Assembly: GCA_030706385.1 (NCBI GenBank)
Contig: JAUZOQ010000004.1
Span: 6,171 to 70,170, forward strand
Source of the DNA: Bacteroidota bacterium
Lineage (GTDB): Bacteria; Bacteroidota; Ignavibacteria; Palsa-1295
Direction: 5' to 3'
DNA: 64,000 bases
The translations under genes were made by a program, and so were the position numbers. Below are positions 47,161-56,693 of this stretch, one piece after another. The notes under the pieces were generated by a model. That model had not been told where the DNA came from. It made no database searches and was given only the letters and a program-made list of their open reading frames with translations. Within the stretch, counting starts at the first letter, position 1. Every line of letters starts with the position of its first letter.

Positions 47161-48180
47161 ATGAAACACCCCTCAACATGGACGCGCACTGATCTGCATC
47201 ATCATCTACAACATGCGCTCGAGTTGGAGTTGTGGACGGTACCGATCTATTTAACAGCCCTGTACAGCATCAAAGGACTGAAGAAGCTGAAGCCCCATAA
47301 TTATCCGGACACTGCCAAACTTATATATTCAGTGGTAGTCCAGGAAATGCTGCACATTGAATTAGTGTGCAACATTGCGAATGCAATGGGTTGGGCCCCT
47401 CAATTCCAGCCGCCAACATACAATGAACTGAAGAGCATCCCATTCATTCATCCTTCAAAGGAGTATCTGCCGCCCATGTTGCAGGGATATGCCATAGGGC
47501 CTCAGCCCCTAAATGAAAAAAGCTTGCGATTATTTTGCACCATTGAGCTACCACATCCGAAGCGAGAAATAGTGTATGGTGATGAAAGATCCTACAACTC
47601 CATTGCCGATCTTTATGAAGCGCTGAAAATCGGCATTGTAACCCTGTGGGATGATTGTTACGTCGGACACGAAAAGAATACAAAACAAAAGAACAGCTTC
47701 AGGGAGTATCATAATATGGATGGGCGTCACCATGGATTCAGCCAGCCTGTTACCTCAGTTGAAACTGCTTTAAAGGCGATCGATGCCATCGTAGAACAAG
47801 GCGAAGGTGCAGACTCGCATAGAGTCCCTGCTGATTACCAACCACCCGAACTAACGATCGATGAGGCCCATGATGCCGGGTGGTTCAAGGGTCATTTAAG
47901 TCATTATCAGAAATTCAGGATCCTTCTCCATCACCACCATCTACTACCTCCCGTGTATGAGGAGCAGCCAGGCGCGTCACATGAACCCGCACAGAAGGAT
48001 ATGGAAGATGCATTCTCTCGCTTATTGCACGAGATGGCAAGCACTTTCAATACTTCTGGAGATGAAATGTCGGTAACCTTTTGGAGTAAAATGTACGCCT
48101 TCGCCAATGCGATCATTAATGTATGGGAATCGGGCACATGTCCTCAATTCGACTCATTGGTAGATATTGATATTACATGA
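47161..48180 (+). CDS. Ferritin-like (diiron-carboxylate superfamily) domain protein
   Basis: N-terminal HHLQHALELELWTVPIYLTALYSI ... VVVQEMLHIELVCNIANAMG (E ... ExxH pair). Remainder unassigned. Confidence 0.4.
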   Translation: MKHPSTWTRTDLHHHLQHALELELWTVPIYLTALYSIKGLKKLKPHNYPDTAKLIYSVVVQEMLHIELVCNIANAMGWAPQFQPPTYNELKSIPFIHPSKEYLPPMLQGYAIGPQPLNEKSLRLFCTIELPHPKREIVYGDERSYNSIADLYEALKIGIVTLWDDCYVGHEKNTKQKNSFREYHNMDGRHHGFSQPVTSVETALKAIDAIVEQGEGADSHRVPADYQPPELTIDEAHDAGWFKGHLSHYQKFRILLHHHHLLPPVYEEQPGASHEPAQKDMEDAFSRLLHEMASTFNTSGDEMSVTFWSKMYAFANAIINVWESGTCPQFDSLVDIDIT

Positions 48181-48213
48181 AATATTTGCTCACTTCTATT
48201 AATCCCTGACCCG

Positions 48214-48885
48214 ATGGAGGAAACAACGAACCAGAGCAATGCTAAAGAAACTTCGCGGCTTGAAGCATTTAGCGACGGAGTTTTTGCAATTGCCATTACA
48301 CTCCTGGTATTAGAATTGATCACCACTCTCCATGCGGAGAATGGTAGCGGTCTGATACAGACATGCCTCGATCACTGGCAGTCGTTTCTTGCATTTACTA
48401 TCGGATTTGTTACCATCATGGTTTGTTGGGTCAACCACCATGTTGCTTTCGATTACATCAAGAAAATTGACACCAAGCTGATTTGGATCAATGGCTTCCT
48501 GTTATTCGTAGTAACGCTTACCCCATTTCCAACGGCAATACTGGCCGAGTACCTCGCAAAAGAAGGAACAACAGCATTGGCATTTTTTGGCTTCAACTAT
48601 ATTCTGATCTCGGTTGCCGCCGACAGTATTTGCACCTACGCCTATAATCATCATCTCATTGCAGAAACAAACCGCGAATATTATTACTCCTACAAACTGA
48701 TTTACCGCTATGCCCTATTCTACGTCCTGATCGCATTTGCTATTTGTTTCATTTCTGTTGTTGCCGCTATAACTATGTATGCACTACTTTTTGCCGTGTT
48801 CGCAGCGCCAAAGGAGTTTGCATCGAGGGTTCATAAAATTAGGGAGAGAAAAAGAAAGAATAGAATAAAAAGGCGGAAGCAATAA
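48214..48885 (+). CDS. TMEM175/DUF1211-family potassium channel homolog (second paralog)
   Basis: RLEAFSDGVFAIAITLLVLEL signature. 6 TM. Lys/Arg-rich C-terminal tail. Confidence 0.7.
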   Translation: MEETTNQSNAKETSRLEAFSDGVFAIAITLLVLELITTLHAENGSGLIQTCLDHWQSFLAFTIGFVTIMVCWVNHHVAFDYIKKIDTKLIWINGFLLFVVTLTPFPTAILAEYLAKEGTTALAFFGFNYILISVAADSICTYAYNHHLIAETNREYYYSYKLIYRYALFYVLIAFAICFISVVAAITMYALLFAVFAAPKEFASRVHKIRERKRKNRIKRRKQ

Positions 48886-48977
48886 CCCACATTTCCCGAG
48901 CGAATCAACTATCGTATCTTCGCTACTTCTTCAAACATACTGATTCGGATGAGAAATTGAAGGCAGCCCGCAACAGC

Positions 48978-50639
48978 TCACATTTCCTGCAGATACTTCC
49001 GCACAAATCGAATCGCCAAAGCTCCCTCTCCTACGGCTGAAGAGATGCCGGCAAGGGCTCCGAATCGTACGTCTCCTGAAGCGAAAATGCCGGGCACACT
49101 TGTCTCTGGCATGTAAGGTTCTCTGTCGAGCTTCCAGAATGTATGGAACGACTTCTGCTTCATTAATTCAGACCCGGTGATAATGAACCCTTTATCGTCC
49201 TTCAGTACAATGTTATTCAACCAGCCTGTGCCTGGCTTCGCTCCAATATAGATGAATAAGGCTTTCGCCTGCACCGTTGAACTCTCCCCAGTCTTCGTAT
49301 TGATCAGTGAAATACTTTCCAGAACGTTTTCTCCGGATACAGCTGTCACTTCGGTATTCGGATGAACTCTAATATTCGGCGTATTCGCAATGTTCTCGAC
49401 AAGATAGTTGGCAGCAGCTTTGCTCAGCGCATCCTGCCTTATGAGGATGTGTACTTCTTTAGCAAATTTCGACATATACATCGCTGCCTGGCAAGCCGAG
49501 TTTCCACCGCCGACAATATAGATCTCTTCGCCACGGCATGCATGCGCTTCTACCGAGGCAGCTCCGTAATACACACCTGCTCCGGTGAATTTCTCTATGC
49601 CGGGAATATCCAACTTCATATAAGCAACACCTGTTGCAATAACGATCGTCTTTGTGTGGACAACCGAACCATCGCTTAATTCTACGATCTTATACCCGTC
49701 ACGCACGGTGATGTTCTTTACTTCCTGCGGCGTTAGAATTTCCGTTCCGAAACGTAGAGTCTGCGTTATCGCCCTTCTGCTCAATTCAGCTCCTGAAAGG
49801 CCTGTAGGAAACCCAAGATAATTCTCGATTCGGGCGCTGCTGCTTGCCTGCCCTCCGGGATTGCTCTTTTCGATGAGGATCGTTCTCAGCCCTTCGCATG
49901 AACCATAAACCGACGCTGCAAGGCCTGCCGGTCCGGCACCGATAATAAGGACATCGTACATTTTCTCCGATGCTTGCTGGCGCAATCCTGCGCTCGCGCC
50001 AAGATCACCAAGCGAGGGATCTACTAAGAACGAACCGTTCGGAAGGACAACCAGAGGCAGCGCCGATTTCGAGACGCTTGCACTCTCAAGATACTTCTCG
50101 GCATCGTGATGAGTCTCGACATCCATCCATAAGAATGGAATTAGGTTTCCGGAAAGAAATTCTTTCAGGCGATGTGATTTCGGCGACCACTGGAAGCCAA
50201 TAATGCGAATGCCTTCGTGTTCGGGCTTATAGAGAGCATGCCAATCATCCAACAGATCATTCACAACGGGGTAGAGCTTCTCTTCCGGAGGGTCCCATGG
50301 CTTGAGGAGGTAGTAATCAAGTTTAACGGTATTGATCGCACGAATAGCGGCTTCAATATCTGAGTATGCCGTCAGTAAGACCTGCTTTGCATCGGGAAAG
50401 AATTCGCGTGCTTTTTCGAGGAATTCAACTCCTTCCATTTCAGGCATTCGCTGATCGGAGATGAACATTGCCACTGCTTCATTTTTTAGCTTCAGCTCTT
50501 TTACCAGATCAAGTGCTTCCGTAGCCGATTCCGTTGCAACCACACGATATTCATCACGATATTTATTCCGCATATCGCGTTGGATGGCGCGGAGCACTTG
50601 GGCATCATCATCGACTATAATTATGAATGGCAGTCTCAT
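48978..50639 (-). CDS. Response regulator: REC domain + degenerate glutaredoxin-like domain + thioredoxin-reductase-like flavoprotein lacking the CxxC redox centre
   Basis: REC (IIIVDDDAQVLRA...FISDQRMPEMEG...YYLLKPW). Middle Grx-like fold with WSPKS in place of CxxC. C-terminal YDVLIIGAGPAGLAA ... IVGGGNSACQAAMYM ... ASGDVR TrxR fold, where the canonical CATC is replaced by HACR. Confidence 0.7.
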   Translation of the reverse strand: MRLPFIIIVDDDAQVLRAIQRDMRNKYRDEYRVVATESATEALDLVKELKLKNEAVAMFISDQRMPEMEGVEFLEKAREFFPDAKQVLLTAYSDIEAAIRAINTVKLDYYLLKPWDPPEEKLYPVVNDLLDDWHALYKPEHEGIRIIGFQWSPKSHRLKEFLSGNLIPFLWMDVETHHDAEKYLESASVSKSALPLVVLPNGSFLVDPSLGDLGASAGLRQQASEKMYDVLIIGAGPAGLAASVYGSCEGLRTILIEKSNPGGQASSSARIENYLGFPTGLSGAELSRRAITQTLRFGTEILTPQEVKNITVRDGYKIVELSDGSVVHTKTIVIATGVAYMKLDIPGIEKFTGAGVYYGAASVEAHACRGEEIYIVGGGNSACQAAMYMSKFAKEVHILIRQDALSKAAANYLVENIANTPNIRVHPNTEVTAVSGENVLESISLINTKTGESSTVQAKALFIYIGAKPGTGWLNNIVLKDDKGFIITGSELMKQKSFHTFWKLDREPYMPETSVPGIFASGDVRFGALAGISSAVGEGALAIRFVRKYLQEM

Positions 50640-50666
50640 TTCTTCTTCTTGTTCAATTGAGGTGTT

Positions 50667-52088
50667 CTACTTTGGCTCTTGTGGCTGGGAAAGAGGGATA
50701 CAGGTAACAAACTCCGTCTTCCCGGGTACAGAGTGTACTTTGATCTCTCCATGGTGTTTGTTAACAATGCGCTTGACTATATCCAACCCAATCCCTGTCC
50801 CTTGTCCCACTTTCTTGGTTGTGAAGAAAGGATCGAAAATTCGTGATTGGATATCCTTCGGAATTCCAGCCCCATTGTCGATGATACGCACCGTAGCATT
50901 CTTCTTGTCGAATGATGTCTCGATCGTCAGTTCGCCGTTCTTTTCAAGTGCATCGATAGCATTGTCGATGAGGTTCGTCCAAACCTGATTGAGCTCGCCC
51001 ACGAAAGCTTCAACCATCGGCATATCCTGACAATAATTCTTTTTTACGACGATATTCTTATCGCGGAGCTTATAGCCCATCAGACTGAGAGTATTCTCAA
51101 TATCCGTCTGGAGAGAAGTCCGCTGCACGTCATTTGTTCGGTCCATGTGGACATGACTCTTGATGGCACCGACTAAACGCGATATCCGTCCCGAAGCATC
51201 TGCAAGATCTTTTAATAACCGACCGGAGATCAGTATGTTCTCAAGCCATCGAAGAAGATCAAAGAAAGCGTCTTTGTTCAACTCCGCGCGCAAGTTCTCA
51301 AGATCATGTCCTGAATACCCGAATTCTGCGAACGTCTCGGCAGCCTGACGGTTATCTTTGAAACCGTTATCGGTAAACCAATCGGCAAGATCATCTTCTT
51401 TCTCCATCCGTTGCAGCGCAGTCAGAGTGCCTTGTTTAGCCGAATCCTGACTCTGTGCCAGAGCGCGCATCCTTTCGATCTGCCCTGCGCTGACTTCATC
51501 GGAGAGTAATTTCGAAGTTAACTCATAATTCAGATCAAGCCGTTTGTCCAGTTCCGAGGAAATTCTGCTTATTGCAGATGCAGGATTATTCAATTCATGC
51601 GCAATTCCTGCAGAGAGTTTTCCGAGCGCACTCACTTTCTCATGCTGCAACTGAATCGTTGCGAAGGACCGTGCCCGCTCAGTCATATAGCCAATGAGCT
51701 GCTGGATGAATTCGGGATAAAGCTGCTCCAACGCGGGAAAATATTTCTTATGCAGAAGCAGCAGTCGCAGGTTGCCGACAGAAAATGTACTTCCGCCATA
51801 GACCTTCATCCTCGAATGTGGGATCAGGCCGCTGATACCACAGGTTACGTTATCATTCTCAAAACTATACGTGTAGACGAGCTTACCGTTGGCATCTGCA
51901 TAATAATCCAACTTACCTTCAAGAATGATTATCAAATATTCAGCCTGATCTCCTGTTCTTGCCACGATAATTCCATCGGGGTATTCCCGAAGCTCGGAGC
52001 GATCTAAGATCCAGCGAAGGAGATCCTCTGGCGAATCGGCAAGAGCAATTACTTTCCTTAACTCTTCTATCGTTACTGAATGGTTCAT
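50667..52088 (-). CDS. Sensor histidine kinase with N-terminal cyclic-nucleotide-binding (CAP_ED-like) domain
   Basis: cNMP-binding-like fold (IIVARTGDQAEYLIIILEGKLDYY...GISGLIPHSRMKV). HisKA H-box AGIAHELNNPASAI. HATPase_c N/G1/G2 boxes (LIDNAIDA, IDNGAGIP, GTGIGLDIV). No TM segments. Confidence 0.8.
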   Translation of the reverse strand: MNHSVTIEELRKVIALADSPEDLLRWILDRSELREYPDGIIVARTGDQAEYLIIILEGKLDYYADANGKLVYTYSFENDNVTCGISGLIPHSRMKVYGGSTFSVGNLRLLLLHKKYFPALEQLYPEFIQQLIGYMTERARSFATIQLQHEKVSALGKLSAGIAHELNNPASAISRISSELDKRLDLNYELTSKLLSDEVSAGQIERMRALAQSQDSAKQGTLTALQRMEKEDDLADWFTDNGFKDNRQAAETFAEFGYSGHDLENLRAELNKDAFFDLLRWLENILISGRLLKDLADASGRISRLVGAIKSHVHMDRTNDVQRTSLQTDIENTLSLMGYKLRDKNIVVKKNYCQDMPMVEAFVGELNQVWTNLIDNAIDALEKNGELTIETSFDKKNATVRIIDNGAGIPKDIQSRIFDPFFTTKKVGQGTGIGLDIVKRIVNKHHGEIKVHSVPGKTEFVTCIPLSQPQEPK

Positions 52089-52248
52089 AGCGACGTTGTA
52101 GTAGCCGTCCGAAATTCAAATGAACCTAAATCTGGAATTTTCATCCGACGTGAAATCAATTTGAGAATATTAAACTCAGAATATCTGCCAAGAGCAAGTC
52201 CTAAAAATACGATAAAACTACCGGATACACCTAATCACGGCAGATCGC

Positions 52249-53013
52249 TCAATCCTGAAGGTGCAACTCTATCGGGCAATGATCACTACCCAATATTTCC
52301 ATTCTGATCGGTGCTGCAGTGACTTTAGGCACGATATCCGGTGTAACCCAAAAGTAATCTATACGCCAGCCCACATTTCGTTCGCGGGCCCGAGTAAACT
52401 GGTCCCAATACGTATACCATTCCGGTTCTTGATTAAAGGTGCGGAATATATCCACATATCCCATTGCCGACAATTTATCGAGCCATGCACGTTCCTCAGG
52501 CAAGAATCCCGTGACTTTGGAGTTCTCTTTCGGACGGGCCAGATCGATCTCCTTATGCGCCGTGTTGAAATCTCCTGTCAAGATCAGATTCTTTCCCTTC
52601 TTACGGAGCGCTTCCCATTTCTCAAGCATAAAATCATAGAATTCCAATTTATATTGGACCCGTTCCGGTCCGCGGCCGCCATTGGGATAATAGATATTGT
52701 AAAGGATAAAGTCATCATACTCTGCACTGATGATCCGCCCCTCAATATCATACTTTGCATCACCGCACCCAATAATAACTTCCTTTGGTGCGATCTTTGT
52801 GTAGAGTGCAACACCGGAATACCCCTTCTTTTCGCCGAACACAAAATGCGGAGTGTAATCCGGAATATTCTTTAGCGCATCCGAAAGTTGGTCGGGATGA
52901 GCTTTCGTCTCCTGTATGCACATGATGTCGGGATTTTCCTTCTTCATGTAATCGAGAAACCCTTTGCGCTCTGCTGCTCGAATGCCATTTACATTCCAGG
53001 ATATGATCTTCAT
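52249..53013 (-). CDS. xth: Exodeoxyribonuclease III
   Basis: MKIISWNVNGIRA N-terminus and EEP-fold motifs (IMCIQETK, LTGDFN, SDHCPIEL). Confidence 0.85.
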   Translation of the reverse strand: MKIISWNVNGIRAAERKGFLDYMKKENPDIMCIQETKAHPDQLSDALKNIPDYTPHFVFGEKKGYSGVALYTKIAPKEVIIGCGDAKYDIEGRIISAEYDDFILYNIYYPNGGRGPERVQYKLEFYDFMLEKWEALRKKGKNLILTGDFNTAHKEIDLARPKENSKVTGFLPEERAWLDKLSAMGYVDIFRTFNQEPEWYTYWDQFTRARERNVGWRIDYFWVTPDIVPKVTAAPIRMEILGSDHCPIELHLQD

Positions 53014-54296
53014 GATTGCTTTGAATTCGGTGTTGTTAAAGTCATTTTCTTCCTCTTCAGATTCTTGATGGCTGCATCGATACCGATAATACTTAATGTC
53101 ACAAGATACGGATCCACTTTGATCGCACGATGACGAGATTGAGTAAAAAAGATCACTGATATCGCCGTGGAGTAAAGGAACAACGTGATCAACAACGCTC
53201 GCTTTTTCTTCGACTCAAGTGATAACAACCCATAGAAACCGAAAACCAGAAGGAATAGCGAAACGATCTTATAGCCAGTGATCATCCATTGCGAAGCTGC
53301 AATTCCTTCTCCGGCAAACTCGCGTTGCCACCAATGAAAATAGAACTTCTTTACCCAGAGTTTCAGTGCCTCCAACGGATGATCGAATATCCACTGCTCT
53401 CCAATGTGAAACAAATAGGAATCGCGTTCAACCGGCGAAACATGGTCTCGAAAATAGGCTGATCGCGCCGAGTCGATGACTACACTCTCCGCATTTGCCT
53501 GGCCCTGTTGGAACTCACCGGTGGCCTGAGGATTATTCCCCATGTAAAAATTAAATCCCGAATTCGCACTCACGAGGACGAACGATCCGAACGTCGCATA
53601 GTTTCGTATCGTCCATGGCAACACCATAAGCAAAGCGATACCGATGGCTTCGGCGTAATGCAATATTTTCGTCTTTCTTTCCTTACCGGAGTAGAGAAGG
53701 AGCCATACCCCAAAAAACACAATCCCCATCAATACATCCGGGCGAACAAGAATCTGAAGTCCAAAAAGAATCCCGAGAACGATCCAACACGACTTTCGAG
53801 GCCGTTCCATCGCCTCGTCAAGAGTCAGAATTGTCAGCGCAAGCAGCAATAGGTTCAGTCCATCTGGATCCGGCTTCTGAGAAAGCAACCAAAGAGGAAC
53901 ATACAGTGCAAGGGCAATAAAACCTGCAATAGCAATACCCGGAGAAGTGATGCGTCGGAAAAATTTGTAAAAATAGTAGTTTGCAAAATGAAAAAAGATC
54001 AACCCGATTACTTGGCTAATTATGATTCCTCCGCCTAACCAGATGATCGCGGCATGAAACCATACATAAAGCGGCGGTATGTAACAGGTCTGCACATAGG
54101 CAAGATCAAACGGATAAGGATAAATAAATCCGTGGCCGGCAGCAAACTCTTTGGCGATCCAGTATGGCTCTCCTATCCCGACAGGCGGGCGCAAGGTGAT
54201 GAGCTGCACAACAAAGATTACTAACGAAATACCAACTAGCGTCAGCCGTTCGCGCCTCTTCGTTTGAGTCAGAAAATTCAGTTTATCGAAAAGCAC
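53010..54296 (-). CDS. GT-C-fold membrane glycosyltransferase (ArnT/PMT family 39-like)
   Basis: About 11 TM segments. Aromatic-rich periplasmic loops. First-loop GEPYWIAKEF reminiscent of the GT39 acidic motif. Overlaps the xth start by 4 nt. Confidence 0.45.
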   Translation of the reverse strand: MLFDKLNFLTQTKRRERLTLVGISLVIFVVQLITLRPPVGIGEPYWIAKEFAAGHGFIYPYPFDLAYVQTCYIPPLYVWFHAAIIWLGGGIIISQVIGLIFFHFANYYFYKFFRRITSPGIAIAGFIALALYVPLWLLSQKPDPDGLNLLLLALTILTLDEAMERPRKSCWIVLGILFGLQILVRPDVLMGIVFFGVWLLLYSGKERKTKILHYAEAIGIALLMVLPWTIRNYATFGSFVLVSANSGFNFYMGNNPQATGEFQQGQANAESVVIDSARSAYFRDHVSPVERDSYLFHIGEQWIFDHPLEALKLWVKKFYFHWWQREFAGEGIAASQWMITGYKIVSLFLLVFGFYGLLSLESKKKRALLITLFLYSTAISVIFFTQSRHRAIKVDPYLVTLSIIGIDAAIKNLKRKKMTLTTPNSKQS

Positions 54297-55655
54297 TTAC
54301 TGAAGTATGGGAAGCAAAGTGTGAGTGGCTCGTCTGGATACGATCTGCAAGAATTCGCCGTGAACAGATTCGCCGTTAGTGATGCCTAGTCTCGCCCGAA
54401 CGAGATCGGCATCATGCGGAACACTGCCCGGATCAAATGTGACCCGCACATAATTCTCCGAATACCCTTCGCACGTCTCGACTTCATGTGATGGATTTTC
54501 CTGGCTGCTTTCGATCAGGACGGTAACAATTCCTTCCTCTTGACGGCAATAAAAATCCCGTCGTTTCTTTTCCGAAAGAATCCTCAGCATTGAATTACGC
54601 TCTTTTCGCTTTTGTGACGGTACGCTATGATTCATACTTATCGCCTTTGTATCAGGCCGCTCGCTGTAGGTGAACACATGTAAGTACGAAATGTCAAGAT
54701 CATGTAGGAAGTTGTACGTGTCGAGAAAATCTTCGTCCGTTTCACCAGGGAATCCGACGATCACATCGACACCGATCCCAGCTTGCGGCATTAATTCCTT
54801 AATGCGCTCGATTCGTGCTCGGTAAAGATCCGCTGTATATCTGCGCTGCATCAATTTCAGGATCTTTGGAGAGCCCGATTGAAGCGGTATGTGAAAATGT
54901 GGGCAGAATTTCTTAGATGAAGCAACGAGATCAATGATCTCATCGGATAACAAATTCGGCTCGATTGAACTGATACGAATCCGTGCAGTTATTTCGACGT
55001 CATTTTCGATTGCAGTGACAAGCTCGAAAAAACTACTGCCGTTCTTCCTGCCAAAATCACCGACATTCACTCCGGAGAGAACGATCTCTCTGAATCCATC
55101 CGACGAAAGCCTGCGCGCCTCTCCGAGAATATGGTTTATCTCTGTTGATCGTGACTGGCCACGTGCCAGCGGAATCGTGCAAAAGGAACACGTATAATCA
55201 CAACCATCTTGAACCTTCAGGAAAGCACGTGTACGCTCATCTGTATCTGCAGTCGCTGCCAGATGGAATTCGGTCGCCTCTTCAACCGGCGAAGAATAAA
55301 TTCGCGGCACGGAAAGTTTTTCAAAAGAGGAAAACAGCTCATGAAGGTTAAATTTCTCTTTAGTGCCGAGAACGACATCGACTCCTTCGATACTGGCAAT
55401 CTCCTCTGGCCGAAGTTGTGCATAGCAGCCGGTGACGGCAATAAAGGTTTTGGGATTCTGACGAAGGATTCGGCGGATGATCTGCCGGCATTCCTTCTCC
55501 GCATTATTTGTCACCGAACACGTATTGAGCAGGAATACATCTGCCCCATCGGATGACTGGGAAATCTCCCAATTATGCATACGAAAATCGCCCATAATTG
55601 CCGAGGTTTCGGCATTATTGAGCTTACACCCTAAGGTATGGCTGGCAATTTGCAT
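54297..55655 (-). CDS. mtaB: tRNA (N6-threonylcarbamoyladenosine) methylthiotransferase MtaB (MiaB-like radical SAM)
   Basis: N-terminal MTTase domain HTLGCKLNNAETSAI (MtaB-type). Radical-SAM CDYTCSFCTIP. C-terminal TRAM-like segment. Confidence 0.7.
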   Translation of the reverse strand: MQIASHTLGCKLNNAETSAIMGDFRMHNWEISQSSDGADVFLLNTCSVTNNAEKECRQIIRRILRQNPKTFIAVTGCYAQLRPEEIASIEGVDVVLGTKEKFNLHELFSSFEKLSVPRIYSSPVEEATEFHLAATADTDERTRAFLKVQDGCDYTCSFCTIPLARGQSRSTEINHILGEARRLSSDGFREIVLSGVNVGDFGRKNGSSFFELVTAIENDVEITARIRISSIEPNLLSDEIIDLVASSKKFCPHFHIPLQSGSPKILKLMQRRYTADLYRARIERIKELMPQAGIGVDVIVGFPGETDEDFLDTYNFLHDLDISYLHVFTYSERPDTKAISMNHSVPSQKRKERNSMLRILSEKKRRDFYCRQEEGIVTVLIESSQENPSHEVETCEGYSENYVRVTFDPGSVPHDADLVRARLGITNGESVHGEFLQIVSRRATHTLLPILQ

Positions 55656-55834
55656 AATCGTGGCTAAAAACGCAAATTTTGAGGGATTTGTCCCGCAGGA
55701 ACTACGTTATATTTTTGGAGTTGTTGCTGAAACAAACCTGTAATATGAGGCTCAATCTTTAGGAGGATTACATCATCCGGAGTTAACCGTGACGCTTTTA
55801 TCGTGCTGATTTCTTTGCAGTTCGAAGATACTCT

Positions 55835-56596
55835 ATGAAGAAAACCCTGTTTCCCTTTATTCTCATCGGACTTTATGGCGTGATCGCCACAGTTTCAATC
55901 CAATCCTGCAAGCATTACCCAACCGAACCGATCGTCCTGATCGATACGACGACGGGGAATGGAAACGGTAACGGCAATGGAAATGGGAATACAGATACGA
56001 CGCACTACACTCCGAAGCATACATGCAGCCCTGATAGCGTGTATTTTGTAAATGATATTCTCCCTCTGATAACATCGAATTGCTCAATGTCGGGTTGCCA
56101 TGACGGCTCCGGTCATTCGGACGATGCGAAGGCTCTGACTTCGTACGCGACCATCATGTCCTACGTACGAGCGAACAGCCCTTCGTCGAGCAGGCTTTAT
56201 ACTTCTCTTTTCGCCAGAGGCGAAGATAAGATGCCTCGCGCTCCGATCCCTCCGCTTTCAAGTTCGCAAGATTCCATGATCCTAAAATGGATCAATCAAG
56301 GTGCACTCAATAACCAGTGTGACGGAGCTTGCGATACGACGAACATTACATTCAGCGGGTCGGTCATGCCGATCATCAAAACGAACTGCACCGGATGCCA
56401 TAGTGGATCAGCTCCAGGCGGCAATATATTACTCACCAATTATTCGGAAGTCGCTGCACAAGCCGGAAATGGAAATCTCGTCGGCTCGATCACCTATTCT
56501 TCGGGCTTGATCGGTATGCCTGTTTCAACCAGGCTTTCGGATTGCGACGTCAATGCGATCAGGATCTGGGTCCGAAAAGGCGCTCCGAATAACTAA
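55835..56596 (+). CDS. Lipoprotein with two planctomycete-type cytochrome c (PSCyt1-like, CxxCH) domains and a (Gly-Asn)6 linker
   Basis: Lipobox SIQSC. CSMSGCH and CTGCH motifs, each in a ~85-aa domain ending KWINQGA / IWVRKGAP. Same domain type as in gene 14294. Confidence 0.6.
   Translation: MKKTLFPFILIGLYGVIATVSIQSCKHYPTEPIVLIDTTTGNGNGNGNGNGNTDTTHYTPKHTCSPDSVYFVNDILPLITSNCSMSGCHDGSGHSDDAKALTSYATIMSYVRANSPSSSRLYTSLFARGEDKMPRAPIPPLSSSQDSMILKWINQGALNNQCDGACDTTNITFSGSVMPIIKTNCTGCHSGSAPGGNILLTNYSEVAAQAGNGNLVGSITYSSGLIGMPVSTRLSDCDVNAIRIWVRKGAPNN
55955..55990 (+). repeat. Imperfect hexanucleotide tandem repeat (GGN AAY)x6 encoding GNGNGNGNGNGN
   Basis: gggaat gga aac ggt aac ggc aat gga aat ggg aat read directly in sequence. 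Confidence 0.8.
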
Positions 56597-56693
56597 TCAA
56601 CTCAATTCTCCGGTCAGGTGACACCCACAACTTTGTGGCAGCATCTCCGTTTCTACCTGGCATATTTTCTCAGGGATTTGTAACGGGAAACAA

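Noticed and set aside
52261-52875. 204-aa plus-strand ORF
   Set aside because: Antisense to xth (exonuclease III), which is strongly supported.
55955-55990. GN-encoding hexanucleotide repeat considered as a CRISPR-like or phase-variation array
   Set aside because: It is an in-frame imperfect coding repeat inside a lipoprotein gene. There are no spacers or direct repeats of CRISPR size, and no cas genes in the window.
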